Shown: positions 1 to 14,415 of the stretch, piece by piece
Layout of the letters: every line of letters starts with the position of its first letter
How positions within the stretch are numbered: the first letter of the stretch is position 1
Assembly: GCA_951406725.2 (NCBI GenBank)
Contig: OX597817.1
Span: forward strand, 7,688,001-7,752,000
From: Octopus vulgaris
Lineage: Eukaryota
Direction: 5' to 3'
DNA length: 64,000 nucleotides
Notes under the pieces: generated by a model
The model's input: the letters and a program-made list of their open reading frames with translations, nothing else
Told to the model about the DNA's origin: nothing
Databases searched by the model: none
Program-made: the position numbers and the translations under genes

Positions 1-329
1 AGCATTATTAAGGATAACCAGCAAACAGCCAATTCTAAAAACCAATCATGATAATTTTTATTATTGTTAACACCTTTATTTACGATTTTTACGTTCTGCT
101 TTCAAATGGCATCGAATTCAACTTTTCTTTTATCATTTCAGATTTGAAAATCTAAAATACCAATTATTTGTTTGGAGTCGTTTAAATGGATTATATTTTT
201 TTATCTTAAAATATGTGTCCTTGTATCTGTGCATTACAAATCCTTATTATTTTTAAATCTATTTACGTTAAATTTCAATCAAACTCCATGCTTGGGTTTG
301 AATCTAATATCATTGTTAAAGTTAATTCT

Positions 330-520
330 AAGGCAGCGATCTGGCAGAATCGTTAGTACGCTTAGTACGGGCGAAATGCTTAGCGACATTTCGTATGTCT
401 TTACGTTTTGAGTTCAAATTCCACCGAGATCGACTTTGCCTTTCATCCTTTCGGTGTTGATAAATTAAGTACCAGTTGCGTACTGGGGTCGATCTAATCG
501 ACTGACACCCTCCCTCGAAT
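330..520 (+). mobile_element. SINE family B copy
   Basis: AAGGCAGCGATCTGGCAGAATCGTTAG...GAGTTCAAATTCC...CCTTTCATCCTTTCGG...AGTACCAG...CTGGGGTCGAT; many copies in the window. Confidence 0.85.
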
Positions 521-1451
521 TAACCCATTCTAGCGCATTTCAGAAGGCTGGGACTAAAGAAAATTTTATCTACAGGCCGGGAGACCTGGCACGAACGCTT
601 GCAGCATGGGCGTAAATTGATAATGACACTCAATGCTTCGGTAGTGAGTTAATGACGTGTTGATAAGGAATGAGCATTCGGATTCATTTATACCGAAGTT
701 CTCCCATTACCGCATGGACTATCACCAAGAAAAATAACGGAAATAAGCACGAATCATTATGTAAGGTATATCATTAAACTATTGGTTATCTTTTAACAGC
801 GAATGACAAGTGAAATTAATAGACGTAAAATAAGAACCGTTGCCAAAGTCACAAATTTGTCTGTAGCTTGTACCTCGATAGTATTATCTATAAAAACAAA
901 TTGAATAACAAAAACTTTACTGCAACTTTAAACAATAGATTGGTTGCTTCAATATAATAGCAGACCTTTGCCCGATTCATATACATGAAAATGTGCGTGA
1001 ACAGCCGATTTAGTATCTCCAGAGAATATCTTTTGTTTTGAAATACCCTTTTTAATACCTTGTGGTTTGGGAGGGCAATAACGTTGGCACGTATATCTGT
1101 CTGGATGGTAATCACGATAGAAACTGACGATGATGATGATGATGATGACGACGACGATGATGATGATGATGATCAGCATCATCATCATCATGGTAATGGT
1201 GATGTAACCATTATTGTGAAATCATAAAACTTCAAACGATTCGTGTTTATAAATGTGCTTGTATGCATGTGCATATATGAGTGTGCGTGCGTATGTTACG
1301 CATACACATATCCATATTAGTCTTTGTGTCAAGCTAGCTACTTTTATGTGCGCATGTGTGTGGGTGTGTAGAAATATGTATAGCTAGTTTTATGTGCGCA
1401 TGTGTGTAGGTGTGTAGAAATATGTATATTGTGTATATTTATGTGTGTCAT

Positions 1452-1541
<90 letters not shown>

Positions 1542-2069
1542 CGATAGATAGATAGGTAAATAGAGCTATATATGGATGGATGTTACGTATAGACATATAT
1601 TAGTATGTATGTACATATATATACATATTTAACTTATGCCTACGAGTCATGCGTGGCTGTGTGTGTTTGTGTGTGTGTGTTTTTTATTACGCTAGAAAAA
1701 CATTGGCAAATGATAAAATATTGTATATTTGTTAGTTATTATTGCAGTTTCTTTCTTTGAAATGTTATTTCACCTCATACACTATCACAAAGGACAACTG
1801 TCAACATCAACAAAAATATAATGTTGAAAGTCATTGAAATCGTATCATATTACTATTATTATTACTATTATAGTCATAATAAACATCATATATTTATGAA
1901 AACAATATTAATGACTTCTTATATGGGGGGTGGGAAAAGTCAGTAGCAAACTGTCTTCAAAACTTTATAGGTTCTTATTATTTCGTCCTCGGAAGAATAA
2001 ATGACAAATGTGATCTCGGCGAGTTTTGGAAATGTAAGCATAAAGAAATGTTGCTAAAAACTGGTTTCA

Positions 2070-2290
2070 AATATTGGTACAACACAAGCAATTTTTTTGG
2101 GGGGGGGGGCGGGGGAGTTATTCAATCGATTGCATTGACCCCAGTGTTCAACTGGTACTTACTTTACCAACCCCGAAAGGATGAAAGGCAAAATCGACCT
2201 CAGCGGGAATTTGAACTCTGAACGTAAAGACAGAGGAAATGTCACTAAACACTTTGTCCGGTGTGGTCACGATTCCGCCAGCTCAGACAC
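2070..2290 (-). mobile_element. SINE B copy
   Basis: Reverse complement of the family B body. Confidence 0.75.
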
Positions 2291-2353
2291 TTAGGTTATG
2301 CAAAATATTATAAAAGAGTTTAGTTCGACTCTCTGCTGAACCATTACTACTAT

Positions 2354-2400
<47 letters not shown>

Positions 2401-2587
2401 ATATAATAACAGAAATAATAATTATCAGTGCATGTTTTGTTGTCATGAGAGTAATGAATGGGAAATCTTACAAGGCAGAAAATTGGGAGAGATTTATATC
2501 CAGTGTAAACAAAGGAAACGATATTTGTGGAAATAACGTAATATACATATAAATTATTTTACGTTAGTTCACTATATATACATACAT

Positions 2588-2660
<73 letters not shown>

Positions 2661-3932
2661 TTGCAATGGGAGGCCTTTATAATACAAATTCCACATGAAT
2701 AGGAATTATATGCAATAGAATTCTCGCTTGAAAGATTTCTAAATACATGAATGGAAGGAGAAAAGATTTATTATTGGAAGAATGAAAATGTTCCAACAAA
2801 ATGATTATTTCGAATTCAGTGACACTATTTACATACAAATATGAATGTAGACCGCGATGGGAACAGTGGTTTCCTCAACTTATACTAATATTAGAAATCC
2901 AAATTCACGAACAATCCTGTTGCCACCAATTGTGAATAATGACGAAACACATAGGAAATTATACATACATGATCGTTTTATGCTATAGATATATAGTCTC
3001 GATCAACTCATGGAGTACAAAACTCTAATTAATAGTATAAACAACAATATTCATTTTACAATTATATACAGTTTGAAACGATTCCACTTGGCAGCAGACA
3101 TTTTAATCATTAAAAATAACATCGAGACCGATATCCACTTCAGTCTACCAGACTCACAGTAAATTTTTTTTACCTACTTCATGTCATTTAAAGTATACAA
3201 AAATAAATATATAATTTAATTTATATCATATATAAACGAATAAGAATTACATTCGTGAGATTATTCTATTGCAGGAAAAAAATGGAGACATCACTCAAAG
3301 CACTCAAAATGATTAAACACTAAAGTCAATAAAAGTCATTAAAATAATTTCTAACAAGTACCAGATTACTTGTTAGAAATACAATTTCAACAATCATGAA
3401 TTGTATTAACACTAACCGCAAATTGCGCATAATTTCATTGTAAATACATAACGTGTCAAGACAATTAGTTACGTAAAGATTTATTATACTTTTGCGTCAA
3501 GAAATTTAATCTATGTTATTTAGTGTAGTTAATGTAATGAAAATAAAACAAAATTCAAGTAATAATCGATTGACGGTTTACCGTCAACAAATACGAGAGC
3601 TCAAAGCATTTAGTAGAAAATACAAATCCTGACTCAATAAATTTTGACATGTTGCAAAATTAAAACAACCAGTCAAATCAATACATTCACAGACAGCTGT
3701 AAAATTGTTACTATCAAATTTACATACAGCTATACCAAAAAAGAAAATACCAACGGCTCAAACACAATTGCCGTATAAATTTTAAAATCACATGACGAGT
3801 AAATGTTAATAATTAAGCATGAAACGTTGTGAGAACGGTTAGTATTTTACAGAGTTTGTACGATGCAATTTTGGAAGTAAAGGAGTGGAAGCAAGGAAAA
3901 CAGAAACAGTAATATAAAATTTTCCCATATAT

Positions 3933-4357
3933 AGGCGCAGGAGTGGCTGTGTGGTAAGTAGCTTGCTAACCAACCACATGGTTCCGGGTTCAGTCCCACT
4001 GCGTGGCACTTTGGGCAAGTGTCTTCTACTATTGCCTCGGTTCGACCAATGCCTTGTGAGTGGATTTGGTAGAAGGAAACTGAAAGAAGCCTGTCGTATA
4101 TATGTATATATGCATATATGTGTGTGTGTATGTTTGTGTGTCTGTGTTTGTCCCCCTAGCATTGCTTGACAACCGATGCTGGTGTGTTTATGTCCCCGTT
4201 ACTTAGCGGTTCGGCAAAAGAGACCGATAGAATAAGTACTGGACTTACAAAAAAAAGAATAAGTCCCGGGGTCGAGTTGCTCGATTAAAGGCGGGGCTCC
4301 AGCATGGCCGCAGTCAAATGACTGAAACAAGTAAAAGAGTAAAGAGAGTAAAAGAGT
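3933..4357 (+). mobile_element. tRNA-derived SINE family A, full length
   Basis: A box TGGCTGTGTGG, B box GGTTCAGTCCC, internal (TA/TG)n, tail CCAGCATGGCCGCAGTCAAATGACTGAAAC + (GTAAAAGA)n; several copies in the window. Confidence 0.9.
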
Positions 4358-4590
4358 ATATATCAATATTTTGGTGTTAAACCCTTTTATCAATAAAATA
4401 TGGAGGATAGTTATGAGCCGTCGTTCTTTGCCAACATTTGTGGTGATAAGAGAAGCTATGAAATGTCCAGCTTCGTATTAGTTGCAATAGTAAATAAGCT
4501 AGCGTCTGTTTTTAAGTGATGGGTTTACACTATCTATAAAGGTGACCTCCCACATCCCTAAATTTACTATTCTGTTCAGTGGCTTTGAGT

Positions 4591-5856
4591 TTGTCTTCTT
4601 AATTAAAGTTCTTGTATTATGGTTATACTCAACGGTTTTGTTTATTATTTTCAATTTTTCTGTCTTCTTTGACTATTGCTTCTTCCGCTCTAAACAAATT
4701 GGTTTGCTGAATTCGCCTACGATGTCTTCAGTGGAGCATTTCTTCGGATGATTTTTGAAGAAGTTGTTTCTTTTAGCAAACTCATATAGTCTTCATTTTT
4801 CTTTTACTTCTCTTCTGTCGTCATCATCATTATCATCCTCATTGTCGTCGTCATCATTATCATCCTCGTTGTCATCATCACCATCACCACTATTATAGTT
4901 TAACTCTCAGTCAGCCCTCATCGATTAGATAACAGCCAAAGATGTTCTAATCCACAGTTTCTCGTCTTTCCTTCGACACACATTAAATCTAAAACGACTT
5001 CATATAATTTAATTTGATGGAGATTTTGGTTGCTGATTCTAAAACTGCAATCTACTTCTTTGTGACTTTCTCGTTAGCAATAATATGAATGGGATAATTT
5101 TGGTGGTAGCGAAGACCGTGTTACTATTGAGTAAGTGAATTACGATGAAGACATGCCCAGTACCATCGTTATCATTGGCATTTATAAGATCACCGTCAAT
5201 GCTACCATCTTCGTTAGCTCCGTTACAAAGAGCACACCTCAATAGCGGCGGTGGTTTTAATCACGCGAGCAAATGCAGGATCATCTGCACCACCGCAAAA
5301 TTAATACTTAAAGCCCTAATAAATCACATACCATTGCCTAATATACATCGCCAGAAGGTGTTGTTGACAAACAACAGCAGTAATTTTATTAAGCTGAATA
5401 CACGTCATTGATTGGTTGAAATTACCGAAATACAACAACTTTAACACGAAATAACTTTGAAAATAGAAACTTTTCTCAACAACACTAAGAGTAAAAGATG
5501 TTTTATATGACACATTCTACCAGTGTCCGAATTCTGAAAGCGTTTAGTAACAAAAATTAATTTCTCGATCTGCCGTTCAAAGAGAAAAGATCCGAGATAG
5601 AAAATAAATCATTAGACTAGTGAATAAAAGAAGTGCTCACCAAAAAAGTCTACAAATTTCAGAGGTAAATGAAAGAACTCTCCAAAATCTCTCTAAAGAA
5701 TTGTTTATTAATTCCATAAATGTTCTTGTCTTCTTAATTAAAGTTCTTGTATTATGGTTATACTCAACGGTTTTGTTTGCTATTTTCAATTTTTCTGTCT
5801 TCTTTGACTATTGCTTCTTCCGCTCTAAACAAATTGGTTTGCTGAATTCGCCTACG
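4591..5856 (+). repeat. 131-bp direct repeat pair (4591-4721 and 5726-5856)
   Basis: Identical apart from two adjacent substitutions (AT vs GC). Confidence 0.92.
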
Positions 5857-6289
5857 CAGTCTTCTGAGCTATCGGACATAGACTGTTGTGTTGTAGGTGG
5901 TTTCGGGAGGCCGAGTGCGGCGTAACAGAGTGTATGTACGTATAACACTTTGTAACACGATTTTTGTCTTTGAGTAGCAACTGTGATTTCGTATTTGCAC
6001 TGAATCTGTCTCAAATATAATGGGAAATGGGTCAGTTTCAAAATATTGATGTCCGGATTACAAAGGCAAAGGTTGAAGGGAATAGTAGTCATTTCCTTCG
6101 AGTTTTAGATAGAAGCAAATAGCACTTACTGATCAAAGACAAAAGAACAATTAAAATGTAATGAACAGAAGTTACAGAGTGAATCAAAAGCCGAAAGTTT
6201 CATGAATTGGCACTCATCAAACAGTTTCGAAAGAGCCAATGCAAACAAATATTCGGCCTCGATTATTAATAATTAAATTTGCACTTGTA

Positions 6290-6321
<32 letters not shown>

Positions 6322-6438
6322 TAAAGTATCAAAGGTCCTTCCCGAGGCTTAGACACATAAGACCACTTTCCTAGATTCTGTTGGTATATATTCTTCCATG
6401 GACAAGGTACTGGTCCATCGCATATGTGTGATTGTAAG

Positions 6439-6501
<63 letters not shown>

Positions 6502-6542
6502 TGATATATATATGTGTGTATGTACATGTGTGTGTATGCATG

Positions 6543-6578
<36 letters not shown>

Positions 6579-7016
6579 AGTGCGTATGTGTGAGTGAGAG
6601 AGAGAGTGAACGTATGGCAGTGTGTCTTAAAAAGTATGCTACATCGATTTCTTAAAAAGCTAGTCGAATGAGCCACCGGAATGCATTGTTACCAGTCCTG
6701 TTTTTCCATTACGCAACCAAATTACTTGAAGTCTAGACAAACTTTAGCACGCAGTTTAAATGAGATATATATCTTCGATCTTGATAAAAAGTTAACCATT
6801 ATGTAAAGCTGTAGCGACGAACAGTAAATAACGAGCGATACACGAATCAATGAGATTAAAGACTGGTCAATCAATCAAACATCTCTTATTCCCCCAATCA
6901 ATTGTCTATGATTTTATGATCCAATTGTACGTCTTCGCCAGTCAGATTCTTTATATTGTCGTGGTACCGATTACAATTTTGTATAAGTTATATATAGCTA
7001 CTACTCCTACTAAAAC

Positions 7017-7053
<37 letters not shown>

Positions 7054-7265
7054 CCTTTCTACTATAGACGCAAGGCCTGTAATTTTTGGAGAGGGGGCTA
7101 GTCGATTACGTAGACCCCAGTGTTTCACTGGTACTTTCTTTATCGACCCCGAAAGAATGAAAGGCAAAGTCGACTTCGGCAGAATTTCAACTCAGAACGT
7201 AAAGACTGCCGAAATGCCGCTAATCACTACGCCCGGCGCGCTAAGAATTCTGCCAGCTCACCACC

Positions 7266-7304
<39 letters not shown>

Positions 7305-7390
7305 TCTATTAAAGTCACAAGACCTGAAATTTGTGAGGAGGAAGATAGTCGATTACATCGACCCCTGTATTTGACTATTACTTAATTTCG
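7054..7390 (-). mobile_element. SINE B copy plus the 3' part of a second copy, separated by (AAT)n
   Basis: 7054-7265 is a full copy and 7301-7390 a tail fragment; (AAT)n at 7018-7053 and 7267-7301. Confidence 0.85.
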
Positions 7391-8330
7391 TCTCCTTCCT
7401 TCTGGTCTCCCCCTTTTCCATCTCTTCTCTCTTCTTTTTCTGCTGCTCTGGCGGAGAGCTCACTCTACCATTTTTCTTTCTGTTTTTTTAAACATTGTGA
7501 ACCCTTCCCCCGTTGCTTTCACCTTTATCTTGACCTGTAGGACCTGGTCCGTGCTGTCCTGCCTCTCCGTCTGCTCTATCTGTTGTTCCCTCTGGGAGCA
7601 CCTCGCCTTCATGTGGCCCTTTTCCCCACATGTGTAACATATAGGTGACCTGCCCTCCACCACCACTCTCAATCTTATGTCATCGGGCAACACTATCTCT
7701 TCGACAATTCTGTTTAGGTCTTCCACTGTTTCTTGAACGGTTAACTCTATTCCATATCCCCAGTAGTTAACTCTTTCAGTTCTTGTGGTCTTCAGTATCT
7801 TGGCCTCCTCATTCATGTCATACATTATGGCTATCATCAGCCACACTTCTTTCAGCTCTGGGGGCACTTTGCCAACTCGCATCCTGGCCACACGTTTGCC
7901 ACAGATCGATGGCAAAAGTACCCATTCTTCCGATCTTATTGCCTCCGTGGAATGCTTAATTGCTTCATCTTCTGATGCAAAACGCACCTCCACAGTAGCG
8001 TTCTTTCTCTCTCTTGTTATAAATGTGGTTAGTCTTTTTATATTCTTAAAACATTATTCAATAGCCTCTATTGTCGCTATTTCTATTTTATCTTCATTGT
8101 CACCGTTCTTTTCATTACATTAGTTGTTAGTTCAACAGGCGTTAATTTCAGTGTATTTCCGTCTCTTTCCAGCAACTGCTCGCATTCCTTTTTCGCATTC
8201 ATTTCTCGCATTCATTTTTCGAGGTCCAACCTTTTTTTCTCGTACCTCCAGCGTTTCCACGTCTATTTCTTTTCAAGTTGCAGCCATATAACTGTGACCA
8301 CCTGCTGGCGTTATCTCCATTTTTCCCACA
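7391..8330 (-). pseudogene. Degenerate second ORF1/Gag-like zinc-knuckle retroelement copy
   Basis: ORF 7460-7993 (VEVRF...RMRVGKVPPELK...VNYWGYGIEL...VVVEGRSPICYTCGEKGHMKARC) aligns by eye with the 493-aa protein (VEVRC...RVRVPKVPPEIK...VNWKGFGVEL...VIVEGRKPNCYLCGSRGHIKKEC). A putative start MEITPAGGHSYMAAT at 8320 is followed by a stop; the 3' end is lost. Confidence 0.8.
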
Positions 8331-8999
8331 ATGGGAAAAAACAACAATTCAAAACCATCGTCCGGTTTCTGTAACTAAAGAGGAGATAACCACTCCGAAA
8401 TGCTTGCACCTCACAGTCTGGATATGTGACGCTGCGAGCTAATTTAGGGGTATTTACACCATTTGTCTACAGAGAGAAATTTTCTCCATGACAGAACACA
8501 GTGAATGGCTTGTTTACGAGTTCGAACGTGCCACTGGCATATTCGAACTGTTTAATAACATTGTAAAAAGCAAATAATTTCTGTGACGGTTTTTTGAGGA
8601 CAAGTTTGCCTCGAAATATTTAGCTGTTTATCAATTTCAATAAATTGTTGATTTTAGTCTGGAGAAGTCATTCAATGGTTAAATTACTTTTGCTCAAGAT
8701 ACTTAAATAGGTTTTTAAATGTTCCATAATACATTTGTGTGTGTTTGAGAAGTCATTAAGTTCGCAAACAACGACGAAAGAACTTTGTATAACAAGCAAC
8801 CAATTTATTGTTTAACCAGCACATTAAACAAACAATCGATTAGTTAGTTGGTTAGTTAACAATTTTACTAACACTAAAGAATTGGTAATGACCTTGTGCG
8901 TGTGTTATTATTACTGGCGTAATTGCTCTCTTACGACACAACAAATGTAGTAATATCAACATCATTAGTATCCGGTGGTGGCTCATTCTAGCTCGTCTG

Positions 9000-9830
9000 T
9001 AAAAGTCATTCTTTAAAAACTTGTTAGTGTCTCTATAGAGTTTTTATGCATTTAATTTTGGAGTATTTGATTTGTCCCAAAATATAGAGCAGCCATCGAG
9101 GAAATATTTCCAGTTCTCAATAGTGTACTTCTCAGAACTTTGTCCAAGTATCGACGACTCTACTTCGTGGAATAGGTTTTCTTCTAAATAACCCATCACT
9201 AGGTTAGTATGCGAGGGTGACAACGTTGTATCCATGCCTGTTCTCTTTATATGATTATACGTTTTCCGCCAAAATTAAAGTTTTCTGTTACAGTACTAAG
9301 AGTATAGCTTTGGTGCTAAATTCCGTTTATAGCGCCTCTTTTTCTTCTTTACGAAGGTTTAATTTACACTTGCGAGTGTTCATTGAGAATTTAAATATCA
9401 CATCAATATACGTGTTGAAATGTTTACCGCTCTCTTTATATGGCTGAAATTGTACACATTTTTGTAACATACTCATTATTTTCGTTCCTATTGTCGAAAC
9501 ATTTTAAAGATGGAGATGAGGCATTTAAGTTTTTAATACCCGCTTCTATGTATAGAGATAAACTGAAAAACTAAGAAGAGAAAATTAATTTCAATTCTTT
9601 GATGAATTGATAATTTTAGGCTCCATATATTTCGTAAAGTTATTTAGATTCTATCTTTCGCCAAGTCTCGAGTCGGCTTGTAGTATATTTTCCCTTTTAA
9701 CAGAAAAAATTAATAACATTGCCGCTCTGGAAGTGTCTTGTCGTTTCTTTGTAAGCAAGAGTGCATTCCATGTCCCTTATTTATTTTATGTCTTGTGAAA
9801 TTTATATCTCTTCTCCGTTCCTTCTTACGC
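9000..9830 (-). mobile_element. Decayed Penelope-like element RT fragment
   Basis: MDTTLSPSHTNLVMGYLEE...NWKYFLDGCSIFW (cf. MGT.MAPSYANL.MG..E ... W.RYLDD.F..W). Boundaries approximate. Confidence 0.7.
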
Positions 9831-9970
9831 ATATTAGTCCATCCGGGATGTTCGAATTGTTGGTTGTAATCTCTGGTTTCCTAAATCTTCCATGGTTACT
9901 ATATGTATCTTAATTCTGATTTTATCTGCTTTTTTCATATATATATCTTATGTATGTATATCTATATATG

Positions 9971-10011
<41 letters not shown>

Positions 10012-10624
10012 TCGTGTGCATGTGTATGTGCGCACGTGTGTGTGTACATATATATATATATACGTATTTGTATGCAATGAAGAGAATCTACATGATCACT
10101 CGACCTACTAAAAATCGCAGTCAAAATCTGCCTTCAATCATACTTCAGTACAACGGCGATAAGGAAAGAAATCTCGACTCTTCTGTTAGTAATATATCTC
10201 GACGACCATTCCGGCTCTGACATTTTTTCTATAAATTTCTCATCGCTTTTCGATTCGTATTTTCTTGATATCGCATAGTTTTATTGTTTTTGCTTTATTT
10301 TCCGTTAAAACTTTTTTATTGAATCCTTACATATACAATTCATTAAAATGATTGCTTTTTTTTATTTTAATTAGAAATTTGTAGTCGTAGTGTTGCTGTC
10401 GTTGTTGTTGTTGTTATTATTATGATTATTTGCCATAGTGATAATTATGATGCAGATTATGACTCAGGGAAGAGGAAGGAAAAACGGACGAACTCAAAGA
10501 CTTTAATACTGAGGAGGATGGGGACGTTGCTGATGGCGTTTTATTGTTTCGCGTATTAATGGCTTTCTAATGTTTCAAATTCGCTTTCTCATTTTCACAC
10601 ATTTATGTACATATGTCTACATCG

Positions 10625-10677
<53 letters not shown>

Positions 10678-11227
10678 CAGAAATATACTTGCATATGCGC
10701 ACACGCAAACACATACACTCACGTATATACATATATATACATATATACAAACATATATATACACATATATAAATACATATATACATACATATATATATTT
10801 ATATATATATATATATATACATATACATACATGAATATATACATACATATATATATAAATATATTTATGCATATATACATGCATATATATATACATATAT
10901 ACAATCTAAATACAAAAAGCCACAACAAATACAAGGAGGTCAGTAGAGTTAATACTAGTCTGACCACTTCATTAGCAATACCAAGACTACTTTGATGATA
11001 TCAAAGCGACAACAACAACAATAGTACGTCACCAAGAAGCGATATCCAATATGACGCTTAAGATAATATAACATAAATAACATAGTAATTGGTAATAATC
11101 AAATATCGATTATATAGGATAATTTGCAGGAAAATACGTAGTCGAGTGAACGCAGATAGAGTTTTGGCGGGAAGTTTGACTCTTCTAACTTAGAATAACT
11201 CGCAGAAAAATAATCGACTTTCACATA

Positions 11228-11622
11228 TTTATATATAAAAGTAAGGTTGTGTGTCTGTCTCCTACGATTTAGATTCCTAACTACTCCCACATTTTGCGGT
11301 GCAGTTTAACCAAAACCGGGTATATTATAGTCGTGATTCATATCAAGCCCTTCTGGGTATTAGCGCGCGTTTGCGATGAGTCTACGATTTTAAAAATAAT
11401 TTACCATCATTTTTTTCCATTTTAATGCATTTTTTCGCTATTATATAAGGGAAGTAACTCTCTAAAAATGTCTACGATGAGTCAACGATTTAAAAAAAAA
11501 AATTACCATCATTTATTTTCCATTTTTAATGCATTTTTTTGCTATTTTTGGCTATAACTCTCTAAAAGTGCTTTATAGTTATTTCCCTTACAAACCCGAG
11601 CAACGCCGGGCAATACTGCTAG
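11228..11622 (+). mobile_element. Non-autonomous Helitron-like element
   Basis: 5' end TTTATATATAAAAG...TGTGTGTCTGTC; 3' end is a GC hairpin CCCGAGCAACGCCGGG followed by CTAG|T; no TSD. Confidence 0.7.
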
Positions 11623-14125
11623 TTTTTTATAAGGGAGCATTTATATGATCCAGTTTTGCTTAAACTGCACCATACTGTATTAGTAAAATATTGGATATGG
11701 AATAATGTTGTCCAAGGGAACACTAAATCAGAAAACGAAAAAGCAGGGTGGTCATGAATGGAATATTTTTGATCATAAATCCGCTTGATCAGAGCTAGAC
11801 TGCGGTCAGACGACAACTGCAATAACTGCAGTTTTCAAAAGCCCCAGGGGAAAAAATTACAAGTGTGTTTAACTAAGAATGTGGCACCTGAGAACTTAAA
11901 GATCCAATTTTTGATACGTCAGGGCTGTAAGGACATAAAGAATAAGCTTAATTTTGTGTTCTAAAATTATTCGTCAAAACATATCAATGAATGTGACCAA
12001 TAGGGTAAAGTTGTTGTTGATGATGATGATGATGATGATGATGATGACGATGACGACGATAGTGCAGTTGTTCTTGCAGTTGTTTGAACTCAGGCCACAC
12101 CCAAAAGATCTGACTACCATGACCCACCCTTTTCTTCGTGTACATGGCATTCATGACTACAACATCCAAGTCAATGATCAATAGTACCTATATCGAACCT
12201 ATTGATATTTATGAGGGTAGAAAGAATTAATTATATCGAATTGACTGTCGTTGTTTTAGATTCTTCTGGTAATGCAGCCATGGAACACAAGCTATAACGA
12301 ATTTGTCCGTAGGCACACTTCAGAAGTCATCCAGGAATTTAATATCAGGATTTTGAAACGATCTTTGATTATACAGCGTTGCCATTATTTATTGTGCTCA
12401 GTTGCACACCTTTGCCATAACACTCTCCGCTTATATAGAATGACCCATTTGAGAATTAAGTGTCTTTGTACCATAGTCGCTTTCCTTTGGAGTTTTCCAT
12501 TCAATCGACTCAACGATATGCTTTCACATAATTTTTGTAATCAATATATTCTGGTAACAAAGTAATTCATCTTTCTTTGATTTTTATACGCTCGCGCGCG
12601 TGTGTGTATGTGTGTGTGAGTGCGTATATGTGTGCGCTTGGAGTAGTCCTTTTTAATTTATTACGAATTATTCGTTTGGATCTTAGAGACACGCTGAAGC
12701 TTTTTTACTTGTATCTTTCTACACTTTGTCATAATAGAGGAATCGTGCACGATTTGCGCAGTGAACGATAAGATTCATTTTCCATATAATAAGAAACAAC
12801 TCAGATAAAGAGATTGAGAAAAGAAGAAAGCTCGATATATTGGGAATAGACAGTTAAAACATTGGCCAGAAGTACCATCCCCAATTTAATTACGTCTCTT
12901 TCTACGTGCCGCTTGGTAATATGACACGTCAATGCACTTAGTTTAAGGCAAGGTAACATAGCCATGGATAGTTCATTGAATTCTTTGAGAGCACACTACT
13001 GCGATTCGTACAGTTGTAAATACATATGACTTGTTACAATTCAGATACTTCTGCAGATTGGCAGACTCGTTAGACCGTTGGTCAAAGTGCTTTACAGTAT
13101 TTAGTTGCGATGTTATGCGTTCCGAATTAAAGTTCACCTCGAGGTCAATTTCGTCTTTTTTTCTTTTGCGCTCGATATAATAGAGTACCAGTCAAATACT
13201 GAGGTCGATACAAGCGACTGATCTTGTCCATAAGATTATTAGTCAAGTACCTAAATTAAAAATAATTATTCCAGAGAAAAGGGCGGTATAATAGCAGAAT
13301 CGTTAGATTCTATCAGTATTAAACTACGTTTCTTTAAGTTCAGCATTTGAGTTGAAACCCCGCAGAGGTCAATTTTGCCCTCCCCCACCTCATTCTTGGG
13401 TTGATATATCAAGTCCCTATGAAGTATTGGAAGTGCAGTGAAGGTAATCCCACAATGTGCGTGTGTGGGGGGGTGTCACGAGTAATATCATAGTGTTTCT
13501 TCGATGCTGCTATGGTAGCTGGTTGAGTTAATGAATGGAAATGTTTCTTGGCCGCGTGAAGAAGTAACTGAACACCCACGAATATTTAACAAAATAATTT
13601 ATTGTCGCACATTAAGGCAAATTGCGTTGGCCATTTACAGATAACATCGGCAATTATTATAGACTTGGAGAGAGATACTTCTCTGAGATTACAGAAAGCT
13701 ATTTATATGGCAACATGCAGTTTTCCCAGCATATCTGGAATCAGTTACACTATGTTCGTGACGACAGAGATTCTTTATCATCTATCTGAGCTGCCTGGTT
13801 TTCCTGGGACATCTGCCTGAAAAAATGTGTGTTTAACGGTTTTTATAGGGGACCAGAAGCCAAATTCAAGAACGTTCGAGAAAACCCATTAATCCGTCGC
13901 TTAAGAGAATGAGGGCATGAAACTATGGTGCTTTGCTTGTGGTATCTGAGTGCGTATGCAGAAATTTATATCACAAATACTCATATATTAAAAATAAGGA
14001 TAAAGACAAGTTTATATTAAATTCCTACGCTCGTTTCACCCTTATGTTTGTTTGGAGTCCTGCAATAGATGTTCCAAATGCATCTGGACGCTCACTAACA
14101 ACAAATTACTAGGGAACTGATTGTA

Positions 14126-14160
<35 letters not shown>

Positions 14161-14164
<4 letters not shown>

Positions 14165-14415
14165 CAGCGGACTCTCGGTCGTAGGATCGCGGTTTCGATT
14201 CCCAGACCGGGCGTTGTGAGTGTTTATTGAGCGAAAACACCTAAAGCTCCACGAGGCTCCGGTAGGTGGGGGGGGGCGATCCCTGCTGTACTCTTTCTTC
14301 TGTTGGCCTGCTCGCTTAACGAGCGGGTGGCATCATTTGAAGTCTAAAACAATGCGAAGCGCATTGTGACCAGCGATGTGTAGCAACATCTGATAGCCTG
14401 GTCGGTCACGGTGAT
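14161..14415 (+). mobile_element. tRNA-derived SINE family C, tail type 1, within (TA)n
   Basis: AGGGCAGCGGACTC...GGTTTCGATTCC (B box)...GAGCGAAAACACCTAAAGCTCCACGAGGCTCCGG; tail GCGCATTGTGACCAGCGATG...GGTCGGTCACGGTGA, also seen at about 24790-24885. Confidence 0.85.

Noticed and set aside
3933-4010. tRNA-like sequences with A and B boxes (also 32850-32926 and 50632-50710)
   Set aside because: They are SINE heads continuous with SINE bodies, not free tRNA genes.
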